In this document: piece after piece, positions 24,687 through 35,625 of the stretch
Position numbering within the stretch: the stretch's first letter is position 1
Layout: every line of letters starts with the position of its first letter
Source of the DNA: an uncultured archaeon
GTDB taxonomy: Archaea; Iainarchaeota; Iainarchaeia; Iainarchaeales; Iainarchaeaceae
Reading direction: 5' to 3'
Length of the DNA: 61,233 nucleotides
Assembly (NCBI GenBank): GCA_964373815.1
Contig: CAYJWI010000004.1
Location: forward strand, 1 to 61,233
Made by a program: the position numbers and the translations under genes
The notes under the pieces: generated by a model
What the model was told of the DNA's origin: nothing
Databases searched by the model: none
Seen by the model: only the letters and a program-made list of their open reading frames with translations

Positions 24687-27568
24687 TTCATTACCTTCTT
24701 GAGGAACTGGCCTGTGTGCGAGCGCTCGGAGAGCATTATTTGTTCCGGAGTCCCTTTTGCAATTAGCTTTCCGCCCCCATTGCCCCCCTCGGGGCCGAGG
24801 TCTATTACGTGGTCGCAGGATTTTATCACATCGAGGTTATGCTCTATTACATACACAGAGTTGCCCTTCTCAACGAGCCTATTTAGCACTGAGATGAGTT
24901 TTCTCGTGTCCTCGAAATGCAGCCCGGTGGTAGGCTCATCGAGCATGTAAACCGTGTTCCCGCGCTTTTGCTTTGCAAGTTCGCGCGTAATCTTTATCCT
25001 CTGCGACTCGCCCCCTGAAAGCGTTGTAGAGCTCTGGCCAAGCTTGATGTATCCTAGCCCTACATCGACGAGGGTTTCAAGCTTCCTTTTTATCGAAGGG
25101 TGGTTTTCGAAAAACGAGAGCGCCTCCTCCGCGCTCATCTCCAGCACTTCTGCTATGTTTTTGCCCTTGTAGAGGATTTCGAGCGTGTCCTTGTTGTAGC
25201 GCTTGCCCTTGCACTCGCCGCACTCAACATAAACATCTGGCAAAAAGTTCATCTCTATTTTTATCACCCCATCGCCCATGCACTCCTCGCACCTTCCGCC
25301 CTTTACATTGAACGAGAACCTCCCTTCCTTGTACCCGCGGGCTTTGGATTCGCGTGTAGTTGAGAAAATCTCGCGCACGTCGTCGAATATTTTGGTGTAA
25401 GTTGCAGGGTTCGAGCGCGGGGTCCTCCCTATCGGGTCTTGGTCGATTACGATTACATTCCTGACATTTTCCGGCACATATATTTCGCCGTGCTTTCCAA
25501 TCCTCTCGCCAGCCTCGCCGAAGTGCTTTTTGAGGTATGGCACAAGAGTTTGGTTCATCAGGGTAGATTTTCCGGAGCCGGAAACCCCCGTGATTGCGCA
25601 GAAAATTTCCGTTGGAAAGTCCACGTTAAGGCCCTTGAGGTTGTTTTCCGCAGCGCCGATTACCCTTATATGGCTCGCGGCCTTCCTCCTATTCTGCGGA
25701 ACCTCGATTTTTTTCCTGCCAGCAAGATAGTCGCCTGTTATGCTGCGCGTATTTTTTGCGATCTCCCCTGGCGTCCCTTGCGCGCACACATGGCCTCCGT
25801 GTATCCCCGCACCCGGGCCCATGTCGACCACATAGTCCGCGTGCCTTATTGTCTCCTCATCATGCTCCACAACAATCAGCGTGTTGCCCACATCGCGCAG
25901 CCTGTGGAGCGTGCTGATGAGTTTTTCATTGTCGCGCTGGTGCAGGCCGATTGAAGGCTCATCAAGGATGTAGAGCACTCCCATGAGGTTCGAGCCGATC
26001 TGCGTCGCGAGCCTTATGCGCTGCGCTTCGCCGCCAGAGAGCGTTCTTGCGCTGCGCGAAAGGCTCAAGTACCCGAGCCCGACATTTTTGAGAAAGCCGA
26101 GGCGCTCGCGGATTTCCTTTAGAACCTGCTTTGCGATGAACCGCTCCTTCTCGCCGAGCCTCTTTTCGAGCTCCGAGAAAAACTCCACGCAGTCGAGTAT
26201 GCTCATGCCGGTCACATCGATTATAGATTTCGAGTCTATTTTCACGGCAAGCACGTTGTCCTTGAGCCTCTTCCCAGCGCAGGCAGCGCAGGGCTCGGAT
26301 AGCATGAACTTCTCGATTTCCTCCTTTCTCCACTCGGATTCCGTCTGCTTGTAGAGCCTCATTGTCTGCGGTATTACGCCCTCAAACCCGTGCTCCATCC
26401 TCATCCTCATGCCGATGCTCCATCTTCCGGACATTGGTTCTTTGGAACCATGCATTAGAACCTTGAGCTGCTTTTCAGTGAATTCGGAGAGCGGCGTGAA
26501 GACGTCAAAGCCGTACTTTTTCCCCACAACCGCAATCTGCTGTCCGCGCCACTGGATGTCCGATTTCGAGTAGAGCGCTATTGCGCCGTCCATTATTGCC
26601 TTCGACTTGTCAGGGACCAGCAGTTCTGGCGAGAGCTGCATTATTTCCCCAATCCCGTGGCACTTCTGGCAGGCGCCGAAAGGCGAATTAAAAGAGAACA
26701 TGCGCGGCTCGAGCGGCTCGAAGACAACTTCGGGGTGGTTTGGGCATGCGCCGAAGTTCGAGTAGAGGGTTTCGCCCTTGCCGCGCTCGAGCTCTTTTAA
26801 TTTTTCCTTTTTCGAGCCCTGCGCTTTTGCCTCCTTTTCGGATTCCTTTTCATCGAGCACGATGAGCCTGCCTTTGCCTATGTGAAGGGCCTGCTCAACC
26901 GCTTCAGCGACCCTTTGGCGCTCGTCATTGCTTATTGCAATGGTGTCGATTACCGCCTCTATCCAGTGCTTTTCGTAGCGCGTGAGCTTTACCTCCTCGC
27001 GGATGCTCTCCGATGGGTAGATTTTCTCGTCGACGCGGATTTTGGTAAAGCCGTCGCGCTTGAGCTCCTCGAACTCCTTCTCGTATGTCCCCTTCGCGCC
27101 GCGCACCACGGGGGCGAGGATTGTGATTGTTTTCCCCTGCTCTGCCATCAATAGGTTTGTGATGTTCTGCGCTGTCTGGGGCTTTATCTTAGCCTCGCAC
27201 TTGGGGCAGTGCAGAACACCGATGCGCGCAAAAAGCAGGCGCAAATAGTCGTAAATTTCCGTTACAGTGCCCACGGTCGAGCGGGGGTTTTTGGAAGTGG
27301 TTTTCTGCTCTATTGAAATAGCTGGCGAGAGGCCGTCAATCGAATCCACGTCCGGCTTGTTCATGAGCCCGAGGAATTGCCTCGCGTATGCGGAGAGGCT
27401 CTCGACGTATCTCCTCTGGCCTTCGGCATAAATGGTGTCGAATGCGAGTGTGGATTTGCCAGAGCCAGAGAGCCCGGTAATGACGATGAGCTTGTTGCGC
27501 GGCAGCTCGACGTCAATGTTCTTGAGGTTGTGCTCGCGCGCGCCCTTGACGAAAATGCTCTCCATCAT
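24683..27568 (-). CDS. uvrA: excinuclease ABC subunit A
   Basis: Starting at ATG 27568 gives [35 protein letters not shown]. Two ABC ATPase modules and zinc modules are present. The 42-codon upstream extension in the track ORF is not UvrA-like. The start overlaps the uvrB stop. Confidence 0.96.
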   Translation of the reverse strand: MMESIFVKGAREHNLKNIDVELPRNKLIVITGLSGSGKSTLAFDTIYAEGQRRYVESLSAYARQFLGLMNKPDVDSIDGLSPAISIEQKTTSKNPRSTVGTVTEIYDYLRLLFARIGVLHCPKCEAKIKPQTAQNITNLLMAEQGKTITILAPVVRGAKGTYEKEFEELKRDGFTKIRVDEKIYPSESIREEVKLTRYEKHWIEAVIDTIAISNDERQRVAEAVEQALHIGKGRLIVLDEKESEKEAKAQGSKKEKLKELERGKGETLYSNFGACPNHPEVVFEPLEPRMFSFNSPFGACQKCHGIGEIMQLSPELLVPDKSKAIMDGAIALYSKSDIQWRGQQIAVVGKKYGFDVFTPLSEFTEKQLKVLMHGSKEPMSGRWSIGMRMRMEHGFEGVIPQTMRLYKQTESEWRKEEIEKFMLSEPCAACAGKRLKDNVLAVKIDSKSIIDVTGMSILDCVEFFSELEKRLGEKERFIAKQVLKEIRERLGFLKNVGLGYLSLSRSARTLSGGEAQRIRLATQIGSNLMGVLYILDEPSIGLHQRDNEKLISTLHRLRDVGNTLIVVEHDEETIRHADYVVDMGPGAGIHGGHVCAQGTPGEIAKNTRSITGDYLAGRKKIEVPQNRRKAASHIRVIGAAENNLKGLNVDFPTEIFCAITGVSGSGKSTLMNQTLVPYLKKHFGEAGERIGKHGEIYVPENVRNVIVIDQDPIGRTPRSNPATYTKIFDDVREIFSTTRESKARGYKEGRFSFNVKGGRCEECMGDGVIKIEMNFLPDVYVECGECKGKRYNKDTLEILYKGKNIAEVLEMSAEEALSFFENHPSIKRKLETLVDVGLGYIKLGQSSTTLSGGESQRIKITRELAKQKRGNTVYMLDEPTTGLHFEDTRKLISVLNRLVEKGNSVYVIEHNLDVIKSCDHVIDLGPEGGNGGGKLIAKGTPEQIMLSERSHTGQFLKKVMK

Positions 27569-29574
27569 TTTTTCATATCCATTCCGGTTTCTTTTATTTT
27601 TCCCGCTCCCTTCCAAATTTCTTTTTTCGCCTGCGCATCTGCCGGCGCATGCTGCGCGCTCTGCTGCCGGAGCTCTTCGAGTGCATCCCTGCACGCTATC
27701 GCCTTCTCGAAATCGAGGTTCTCCGCGCTCTTTCTCATCTCGTAGTCGAGTTCAATCATACGCTTCTCGATATCCGCCCTGCCCATGTGCTTGATGCCCT
27801 TGATGCCGCCCTTCTTCTCCGCGAGGCTTTTTATGACAGGCATCGGGGTGATGCCGTGCTCCTTGTTGAATTTTTCCTGCGCGGCCCTCCTCTTTCTGGT
27901 AATTGCGACGGCCCCTTGGATGGATTTGGTGATTACATCGGCATAGAGTATCACCCTGCCATTCAGGTTCCTAGAAGCCCTGCCGATTGTCTGTATGAGG
28001 CTCCTCTCGTCGCGCAGGAACCCTTCCTTGTCCGCATCGAGGATGCATATGAGGCCGACCTCCGGAAGGTCAAGCCCTTCGCGCAGCAGGTTTATTCCCA
28101 CAAGCACGTCGAATTCGCCCGAGCGCAGCTGGCGTATGAGCTCAATCCTCTCAAGGCTCTCGATTTCCGAGTGCATGTAGCGCACCTTTATGTTCTCTTT
28201 TGCAAGGAAATCAGTGAGGTCTTCTGCCATGCGCTTTGTGAGCGTTGTTATGAGCACGCGCTCGTTCCTCTTGGCGGCATTGCCTATTTCCGAGAGCATG
28301 TCCGCTATCTGGTTTTTTATCGGCCGCACCTCGACAAGAGGGTCCAGAAGCCCTGTAGGCCTTATTATCAGTTCTGCAACTTGCCCCGAGCTTTTTGTTT
28401 CGTACTCGGCGGGGGTTGCGGAAACAAAGAGGGCGTGGCGGAAATACTTTTCGAACTCGCCGAATTTTAGCGGCCTGTTGTCGAATGCGCTCGGGAGCCT
28501 GAACCCGAAATCGACGAGGTTTTTCTTGCGCGCATAATCGCCGTTGTACATGGCATGTGACTGTGGTATTGTCTGGTGGCTCTCATCTATTATGAGGAAG
28601 AAGTCCTGCGGGAAATAATCGAGCAGCACGAAAGGCGGCTTTCCTTTCGGCCTGCCGTCGAAGTGGCGCGAGTAGTTTTCAATACCGTTGCAATAACCCA
28701 TCTCCTTTATCATTTCGAGGTCGTACTTGACCCTCTGCGATAGCCTCTGGGCTTCTAGCGGCCCGAGGCTTGGGAGGTGCTCTTCTAGTTCGGCTTTGAT
28801 GGTGGCTATCGCCTTCTGCTGCTTTTCAATTGGCACCACGAACTGGCGCGCTGGAAAGAGCCTCGCCTCATCCAGCTCCGAGATTGTGTTTGCGCTAAGC
28901 GAATCAATTTCGGAAATCTTTTTTATAGAATTCCCGGAAAGCTCCACCCTCACTATGTCCTTTTCGTAAGTTGGGATTATGTCAATGGCCTCCCCGCGCA
29001 CGCGGAACCTTCCTGGCTCAAGTGCCTGGTCGTTTCTCTCGTACTGCATCTCGATTAGGCTTCTCACTATTTCCTGGCGCGAAGCGGGTTTTCCTTTTGA
29101 GAGTATTAGCGACATGTTGGAAAAATCGTCAGGGTTGCCGAGGCCATAGATGCATGAGATTGAGGCGACCACTATGACATCATCCCTCGACATCAGGCTC
29201 GCTGTCGCGTGCAGGCGCATCTTTTCTATCTGCTCATTCACCGTAGCCTCCTTTTCGATGTAGAGGTCGGATGTTGGGATGTAGCTCTCCGGCTGGTAGT
29301 AATCATAATATGAAATGAAGTACTCGACGCGGTTTTTCGGGAAGAGCTCCTTTAGCTCGGTGTAGAGCTGGGCCGCGAGGGTCTTGTTGTGGGCGAGTAT
29401 TAGGGTTGGCTTTTGCACCTTTTCAATGAGGTTTGCCATTACGAATGTCTTCCCGCTCCCGGTAATCCCCTCAAGCGTCTGGCGTGGGTATTTGGAGTAG
29501 CCTGCGTAGAGCTTTGCTATGGCTTCGCTCTGGCCCCCGGCGGGCTTGAATTGCGAGACGAGTTCAAATGGCAT
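27565..29574 (-). CDS. uvrB: excinuclease ABC subunit B
   Basis: Starting at ATG 29574 gives [31 protein letters not shown], helicase motifs and a C-terminal UVR domain ([16 protein letters not shown]) are present. The outermost ATG is at 29637. Confidence 0.95.
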   Translation of the reverse strand: MPFELVSQFKPAGGQSEAIAKLYAGYSKYPRQTLEGITGSGKTFVMANLIEKVQKPTLILAHNKTLAAQLYTELKELFPKNRVEYFISYYDYYQPESYIPTSDLYIEKEATVNEQIEKMRLHATASLMSRDDVIVVASISCIYGLGNPDDFSNMSLILSKGKPASRQEIVRSLIEMQYERNDQALEPGRFRVRGEAIDIIPTYEKDIVRVELSGNSIKKISEIDSLSANTISELDEARLFPARQFVVPIEKQQKAIATIKAELEEHLPSLGPLEAQRLSQRVKYDLEMIKEMGYCNGIENYSRHFDGRPKGKPPFVLLDYFPQDFFLIIDESHQTIPQSHAMYNGDYARKKNLVDFGFRLPSAFDNRPLKFGEFEKYFRHALFVSATPAEYETKSSGQVAELIIRPTGLLDPLVEVRPIKNQIADMLSEIGNAAKRNERVLITTLTKRMAEDLTDFLAKENIKVRYMHSEIESLERIELIRQLRSGEFDVLVGINLLREGLDLPEVGLICILDADKEGFLRDERSLIQTIGRASRNLNGRVILYADVITKSIQGAVAITRKRRAAQEKFNKEHGITPMPVIKSLAEKKGGIKGIKHMGRADIEKRMIELDYEMRKSAENLDFEKAIACRDALEELRQQSAQHAPADAQAKKEIWKGAGKIKETGMDMKK

Positions 29575-29700
29575 GGCGGTAATTTTGTGTACCGCCCCGC
29601 TTTTAAACAATTTCACGGGGCGGAAGGCTTGGGGCATATACCTTCATTTAGCCTGTTTGGTGACCAAAAGTAATTTATTGTCCGGCAGCTTTCTCTTTTC

Positions 29701-30231
29701 ATGCAGCCCAAAGAGCCAATCAAAAGGCCGCTCCGCGCAAGGGCGGCATCGAAGCTCAAGCAGGCATTCCCTTCCGCCGCAAGGGTTTTGCGCGGCTGGA
29801 CAAAGCCGGGGAATGTGGGCGGGGCTTTATTGAGGCAGAAGGTCGCCCAGAAACTGTTCAGGCAAACCAAAAGGGACTTTCCGGAATATAAGGCCCCGGG
29901 TGCAGATTTGGCTTCCAGCTTACATCTTCCTCTTTCGGAGCTGTTTCCAAAAGAACTTGAATTAGGTAAAACATTGGGGAGAAAACTTCAGGGCAGGATA
30001 GCGGTAAAATACGCGCTTGACACAATCAACTGCTCTGATGCCAAAACCCGGGGCGAAGTGCAAAAACTGATTTGGGATGCGCTTGAAAAGACAGAAGCAT
30101 GGGATGATTATGACACAAAGGTCAATATCATAAATAAAGCCCTCAAGCAAGCCTCTGCGGTATTGGGTGGCGTGCGGGGCAAGCTTTTTGTAAGGAGATT
30201 CAGGCAAATCATATCGCATGAGCTGATATAG
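29701..30231 (+). CDS. hypothetical protein (ORFan)
   Basis: 176-aa ORF with a basic N-terminal third and a helical-looking C-terminal half. No motif was recognised. Confidence 0.5.
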   Translation: MQPKEPIKRPLRARAASKLKQAFPSAARVLRGWTKPGNVGGALLRQKVAQKLFRQTKRDFPEYKAPGADLASSLHLPLSELFPKELELGKTLGRKLQGRIAVKYALDTINCSDAKTRGEVQKLIWDALEKTEAWDDYDTKVNIINKALKQASAVLGGVRGKLFVRRFRQIISHELI

Positions 30232-30257
30232 GTTTTTCCTTTTTTTTGTAGCGTGCC

Positions 30258-31004
30258 TCATTTCTTCAGGTAATTGAACGCGTTCCTGAACACCTGCATG
30301 CCCTCGCCCTCTTCGCGGACTTTTCCATACTCGGAGTTGGGCGCGTTGATGCCGAAAAGGTTCCTCTCCGGGTGAGGCATGAGGCCGAAAACCCTCCCGG
30401 TTTCATCGCAAATGCCTGCAATGCCATCAGTCGAGCCATTCGGGTTTTGCACGTACTTGAAGACCACCTGCTTTTGCGAATAAAGTTTTTCGAGCACGCT
30501 CTCATCCTTTACGATGAACTGGCCCTCGCCGTGCGCCATCGGCACATCCATTGTCTCAATCCCGTGCGTGAAAACGCACTTGCTTGGGACACTTTTGAGC
30601 TCTAGCCACCTGCACTGGAAACCGAGCGGCCTATTGAGCGTTAGCGTTGTGAGCTGCTCGCGGTAATTCCCCCCAAAGCCGGGGAGTATTCCCGCCTTCA
30701 CCATCACCTGGAAGCCGTTGCAAACGCCGATTGCAAGGTTCCCGTCTTTGATGAAATCCGGCACATCGCTGTTGAGCCTGTAGAGGAGCTTATTCGCGAA
30801 AACCTTCCCGGAGCCGAGGTAATCCCCTCCGCTAAACCCGCCCGGGATGGCAAGCAGTCTGTAACCGGAAAGCTTTTTCGAGCGGTTTATGAGCTCGTTG
30901 ACGTGCACGTTCTCGGGCTTGAACCCCGCGAGGCGCAGCCCGGTTTCGAGTTCGTAGTCACAATTCGTCCCCGGTGCGCGCAGCACAATCGCCTTCAACG
31001 CCAT
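30258..31004 (-). CDS. purQ: phosphoribosylformylglycinamidine synthase, glutaminase subunit
   Basis: 248 aa. LAIPGGFSGGDY, GVCNGFQ (catalytic Cys) and MPHPER are present. Confidence 0.92.
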   Translation of the reverse strand: MALKAIVLRAPGTNCDYELETGLRLAGFKPENVHVNELINRSKKLSGYRLLAIPGGFSGGDYLGSGKVFANKLLYRLNSDVPDFIKDGNLAIGVCNGFQVMVKAGILPGFGGNYREQLTTLTLNRPLGFQCRWLELKSVPSKCVFTHGIETMDVPMAHGEGQFIVKDESVLEKLYSQKQVVFKYVQNPNGSTDGIAGICDETGRVFGLMPHPERNLFGINAPNSEYGKVREEGEGMQVFRNAFNYLKK

Positions 31005-31065
31005 GCAATACCCCCAGTGCGTGCTGTTAAGTCCAAAAAGTCAATAGTTTTCATCTCCCGCATTT

Positions 31066-33447
31066 CTACCACCCAAGCGTCCCCTTCCAAGCTGCTTTGA
31101 GTTCACCCAATTTCTCCTCTATTATTTTGTTAGAGTGGGAATCATTTACAACGACCCTGTCCGTGCCTGTAACATACCCGATTTCCGCAAAGGGAATGCC
31201 TTCCATAGCTTTCTTGAATTCGTTTTTCCTCTCCGCCTCCACCTCAATTATGAAGCGCGAATTGGATTCGGAGAAAAGGATGAAGTCCGGCCTCCCGATG
31301 TTTTCGCCGAGGGGTATTTTGTTCAAAAAGATCTCAGCCCCAAAGCCGGATGCAAAGGCCATTTCCGAGAGTGCAACCGCAATCCCGCCTTCGCTGCAGT
31401 CATGGCAGGCGGCAATTACTTTGTTTTCCGCCTTTTGCCTTGCCATTAACCCGCTAAGCCTTGAAAAAGTTTTTTTCGCGCCGGAAAAATCCACTTTTGG
31501 GGCTCTCCCGCCTGAAGAGCCGCAAAGTTTAGCGTAATGGCTCGCGCCAAGCTCGGAGAAGGTGTTTCCGACAATGAAAACCGGGTTGCCCGGCCTCTTG
31601 AAGGGCATTGAGATTTTTTTCCGCGAGTCCTTAATTGTTCCGAGTGCGGAAATGAGCAGCGTGCCGGGAATTGAGATGCGGGTGCTGCCGCTCGTGTATT
31701 CGTTGTAGAGGCTGTCCTTCCCTGAAATGAAAGGCGCGCCAAACCCTTTGCAGGAATCATGGCAGCCCATGCACGCGCGCACAAGTCCCCCGAGCACTTT
31801 CTTCTCTTCCGGGTTTGCCCAGGAAAAATTGTCCAATAGCGCTATGCTCCCAAAATCCGCGCCCACGCAAACGCAGTTCCTTATGGCTTCATCCACCGCA
31901 GAGCACGCCATCCAGTAAGGGTCGATGTCGGAGTAGAGGGGGTTTATGCCGTTTGAAATCACGGCTCCCTGCCAGTCATCAAGCAGCGGCCTCACGATTG
32001 CCGCATCCGCGGGGCCGTCGTTTTCCTTTCCGACAAATGGCTTTCCGACTGTCCCGCCTTTCACTTCGTGGTCGTATTTGCGCACGGTTGTCTCCTTGCT
32101 CGCGATGTTTGGCATTGAAAGAAGCTGTTTGAGCGTTGTGCCGCAATCATTGTTTTCAGGAATCGAAACTTCTTTTCCGCTTCCGGGTTTCCACTCAGCT
32201 TCCATCTGCTTTACAGGAACCCCGTTGTGCAGGAAATCCATCTGGAGTTCGCCTATGAGTTCGTTGTTGTAAAATAGTTCGAGCTTTTTTGTTTTGGCGA
32301 ATTCCCCTATTATAGTAGCTTCGGTGCCCTCGAGCCCGAAAATTTCTGCAAGCTTTTTGAAATTCTTTTTTGGGACAGATAGTACCATGCGCTCCTGCGC
32401 TTCGCTGAGCCATATCTCCCACGGCTTTAGCCCAATGTATTTGAGCGGCGCCTTTTCAAGGAAAACCTTTGCACCGATTTTGCTGCCCATTTCGCCAATT
32501 GCAGAGGAAAACCCCCCCGCGCCGCAATCAGTTATAGAGTTGTAAAGCCCGCTGTCGCGGCATTTTAGCAGCGCGTCCATCATTTTCTTCTCTTCAATGG
32601 GGTTTCCTATCTGCACAGCGCTGGAGGACGCCGTCTCATCCAAATTTGCCGAGGAAAATGTCGCGCCGTGTATCCCGTCCCTTCCAGTCCTTCCGCCTAC
32701 AACAACAATCAGTTCGCCTGGCGAGGCTTTTTTCTTCTCCATTCCGCGCGGGATTAGCCCGACTGTTCCGCAGAACACGAGAGGGTTTGCGAGGTAGCGC
32801 TCATCGAAGAGGATTGCGCCGTTAACCGTAGGGATGCCTATCCGATTGCCATAATCAGCGACCCCGGAGCGCACACCCTTCAAAATCCGTTTAGGGTGCA
32901 TCACCCCTTGCGGCACTTTTTCTTTGGGCATGTCGTGCGGCGCGAAGCAGAATACATCAGTGCACGCGAATGGCTTTGCCCCAAGCCCGGCGCCGAGAAC
33001 ATCCCTTATCACCCCACCGACCCCCGTGTTCGCGCCTCCGTAAGGGTCTAAGGCGGATGGGTGGTTGTGGGTTTCAGCCTTCATCGCGATGTTGTATTTA
33101 GAGTTGAACTTGACTATCCCCGCATTGTCGGAGAAAACCGAGACAAGCCATTTCTTTTTCGAGGCAAGCGATGGCTTTCTGATGAAAGTCTTGAAAAGGC
33201 CTTCAATTTTTTCCGCTTTCCCGCCTTCGGAATAATTTATTTCGGCGCTGAATGTCTTGTGCTTGCAGTGCTCGCTCCAGGTCTGCGCAATTGTTTCGAG
33301 TTCCACTTGCACCGGTTCGCGCCCCAGTTTTTTGTAGTGGGACTGGATTGCTGCCATCTCAATGCCATCTAGCGAGAGGAGCATTTTCTTGCTCAAGGCA
33401 GAAAGCTCTTTTCCCGACAGATTTGAGATTTTCACTTCTTCCCCCAA
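31066..33447 (-). CDS. purL: phosphoribosylformylglycinamidine synthase subunit II
   Basis: 793 aa. ETIAQTWSEHCKHKTF, ETHNHPS and duplicated AIRS-type domains are present. The start is TTG at 33447 or GTG at 33435. Confidence 0.95.
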   Translation of the reverse strand: MGEEVKISNLSGKELSALSKKMLLSLDGIEMAAIQSHYKKLGREPVQVELETIAQTWSEHCKHKTFSAEINYSEGGKAEKIEGLFKTFIRKPSLASKKKWLVSVFSDNAGIVKFNSKYNIAMKAETHNHPSALDPYGGANTGVGGVIRDVLGAGLGAKPFACTDVFCFAPHDMPKEKVPQGVMHPKRILKGVRSGVADYGNRIGIPTVNGAILFDERYLANPLVFCGTVGLIPRGMEKKKASPGELIVVVGGRTGRDGIHGATFSSANLDETASSSAVQIGNPIEEKKMMDALLKCRDSGLYNSITDCGAGGFSSAIGEMGSKIGAKVFLEKAPLKYIGLKPWEIWLSEAQERMVLSVPKKNFKKLAEIFGLEGTEATIIGEFAKTKKLELFYNNELIGELQMDFLHNGVPVKQMEAEWKPGSGKEVSIPENNDCGTTLKQLLSMPNIASKETTVRKYDHEVKGGTVGKPFVGKENDGPADAAIVRPLLDDWQGAVISNGINPLYSDIDPYWMACSAVDEAIRNCVCVGADFGSIALLDNFSWANPEEKKVLGGLVRACMGCHDSCKGFGAPFISGKDSLYNEYTSGSTRISIPGTLLISALGTIKDSRKKISMPFKRPGNPVFIVGNTFSELGASHYAKLCGSSGGRAPKVDFSGAKKTFSRLSGLMARQKAENKVIAACHDCSEGGIAVALSEMAFASGFGAEIFLNKIPLGENIGRPDFILFSESNSRFIIEVEAERKNEFKKAMEGIPFAEIGYVTGTDRVVVNDSHSNKIIEEKLGELKAAWKGTLGW

Positions 33448-33522
33448 GTTCCCACCAAGCCTTTGAATTTTTTCCCGGCCAAGCCTGAATGTGATGCCAT
33501 CATTTCCCTTTTGTCTGGATGT

Positions 33523-33990
33523 TTACCCATTTTTCGCACCAATCCTGAAAGTTTCAATTATCTCGTTCGCGAAAAGGCCCTTGGTTATTGCCTGCGCATC
33601 CTCGCTCGACAGTTCCCCTTTCAGGTAATACCTTCTGGCGCTCCTCACTTTCCCGCCGGTTTTCTTCCCCAGGAAATCCTCTATGCCTTCGAGCGCGACA
33701 ATTCCTAAGTTGTCTGTGACGTCTTCGTGCAGCTTCACTTCAACCAAAAAGTCGTATTCACTGAAAAGGTCCTTATCGACGGAAACCGACTGGAGAATGG
33801 GGTCGGAGAAGACTTTTTCGGCAATCTGCGAAAGCTGCTGTCCGCCAATCGGCAAATCGAGGTAGTAGAGTTCGGAAAACCTTATTTTTTCGATTGCCTT
33901 GAAGCCGAGGTCTTCCTCGACATCGCTTTTTGCCGATAGGCCTACAGAATCAAGGCTTTCATCCCTGAAAGCCACCTCGATCCTGTGCAT
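33523..33990 (-). CDS. purS: PurS-like protein consisting of two tandem PurS-type modules
   Basis: ATG at 33990, 155 aa. The two halves align to each other: IEVAFRDESLDSVG...RFSELYYL...IAEKVFSDPILQSVSV against VEVKLHEDVTDNLG...RSARRYYL...ITKGLFANEIIETFRI. It lies immediately upstream of purL and purQ. Confidence 0.65.
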   Translation of the reverse strand: MHRIEVAFRDESLDSVGLSAKSDVEEDLGFKAIEKIRFSELYYLDLPIGGQQLSQIAEKVFSDPILQSVSVDKDLFSEYDFLVEVKLHEDVTDNLGIVALEGIEDFLGKKTGGKVRSARRYYLKGELSSEDAQAITKGLFANEIIETFRIGAKNG

Positions 33991-34050
33991 TTCCTTCACA
34001 ATAAAATCTGCGAAGAAACCTTTAAAACGCCCTCGCTCCCTTCCATTGTT

Positions 34051-35619
34051 ATGCCTGGTGAGGTGAAGGACGAGTGCGGCGTCGCGGCAGTCCAGCTTCA
34101 TAAGCCACTTGCAAAATATCCCCACGGCGGCTCCGCTTTTTACCTTTACAAAATGCTTTTGCAGATGCAGAACCGTGGCCAGCTTTCCGCGGGCATCACC
34201 ACTTTCAATGCGCAAAGGCAGCAGCTAATAGACACCAGAAAAAAAGTCGGCGCAGTCTCAGAACTTTTCGCAACCAAGATAAAGCCCAAGGCTGACGCGA
34301 TAATGCACAGGTATTCGGGGACAAGCGGCATAGGCCACACGCGCTACAGCACTTCAGGCCCCGATGACAACGGCGCCGCGCAGCCATTTGAGAGGCACCA
34401 CGGAAGGAAGTGGAAGTGGTTTTCATTCGCATTCAACGGCAACATCGCCAATTTTTCCAAGCTTCGGGCAGAGCTTGAGAGGAAACAATACCACCTTGTG
34501 AGGAACCTCGACACCGAACTCATTTTGCACTTCCTCGAAAAGGAGCAGCTCGGGGAAAAGAAAACCCCGATGGACACTGTCTTCAACCACGTCTCAAGAG
34601 TTTTCGACGGCGCTTACAACATCGTCTACATCAATGCGGAGGGCACGATAGCCGCGATGCGCGACCCGCTCGGGATTAGGCCTTTGTGCTATGCGGTTTC
34701 TGACAACCTCTCAGCTGCTGCTTCCGAGACCGTTGCGCTTGCAAACTTTGTCAACAACGGCATAAAGGCGATAAAACCCGGCGAGGTTTTCATTGCCGAG
34801 AACGGGAACGTCGAGGTCAAGAGGTACGCGAAGAGCCCGCGCAATGCGCACTGCATGTTCGAATGGGTTTACTTTGCAAACGCAGCTTCAGTAATCGACG
34901 GCCGCTCTGTATACCAAGTCAGATGGAATCTCGGTGTCGAGCTTGCAAAGCAGGAAACGCAGCCGGTGAAAGGCGATGACTGGGTGATTGTCCCTGTGCC
35001 TGACACTGCAAAACCGGCCGCGGACGCCTATGCACACACAATCGGCGTGCCTGCAATGGAAGGCTTCATAAGGAATAGGTATGTGGGCAGGACTTTCATT
35101 GAGAGCGGGGATAGGCTTGAAAAAGTGAAGGAGAAGTTCAACGTCAACAAGTCAATACTAAAGGACAAGAAAGTCATCCTCATCGACGATTCGATTGTCC
35201 GCGGCAACACTTCAAAAGCTCTCGTAGAATACCTGCGCGAGAAGGGGAAGGTAAAAGAAATCCATATGCGCGTGACCTGCCCGCCTATCCGCAGCCCGTG
35301 CTTTTACGGAATTGACATGTCTACGATTGGCGAACTTGTGGCAAACCAGCACTCCTCGAAAGACCAGATACGCCAGTCCGGCTGGATAAATCTGGACCAG
35401 CGCATTGTGGACAAGATTGGCCATTACATCGGGGTTAATTCTCTGCATTTCATGACGCTCGACGGCCTTGTGAAGGCGATAAACCCGGAGAACGGAAAAA
35501 AAGATTTGTGCACCGCGTGCCTCACCGGCGTCTACCCTACCGAGTGGGGCCAGAAGCTGCGCGTAAAGGCCCTTGAGAGGCACGATCGCGGCATTGAGGC
35601 CAAAAGGACTTACGAGTGA
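34051..35619 (+). CDS. purF: amidophosphoribosyltransferase
   Basis: ATG at 34051 gives a short propeptide (MPGEVKDE) before the catalytic CGVAAV. The PRTase motif is VILIDDSIVRGNTS. Fe-S cluster cysteines are present near the C-terminus. Confidence 0.95.
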   Translation: MPGEVKDECGVAAVQLHKPLAKYPHGGSAFYLYKMLLQMQNRGQLSAGITTFNAQRQQLIDTRKKVGAVSELFATKIKPKADAIMHRYSGTSGIGHTRYSTSGPDDNGAAQPFERHHGRKWKWFSFAFNGNIANFSKLRAELERKQYHLVRNLDTELILHFLEKEQLGEKKTPMDTVFNHVSRVFDGAYNIVYINAEGTIAAMRDPLGIRPLCYAVSDNLSAAASETVALANFVNNGIKAIKPGEVFIAENGNVEVKRYAKSPRNAHCMFEWVYFANAASVIDGRSVYQVRWNLGVELAKQETQPVKGDDWVIVPVPDTAKPAADAYAHTIGVPAMEGFIRNRYVGRTFIESGDRLEKVKEKFNVNKSILKDKKVILIDDSIVRGNTSKALVEYLREKGKVKEIHMRVTCPPIRSPCFYGIDMSTIGELVANQHSSKDQIRQSGWINLDQRIVDKIGHYIGVNSLHFMTLDGLVKAINPENGKKDLCTACLTGVYPTEWGQKLRVKALERHDRGIEAKRTYE

Positions 35620-35625
35620 AGCTTT

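Noticed and set aside
33448-33522. A 23-codon mini-ORF (MMASHSGLAGKKFKGLVGTWGKK) on the minus strand between purS and purL. Similar tiny ORFs occur in the 31005-31065 and 9799-10012 gaps.
   Set aside because: They are very short, overlap the neighbouring start codons, and have no SD or TATA support and no recognisable features.
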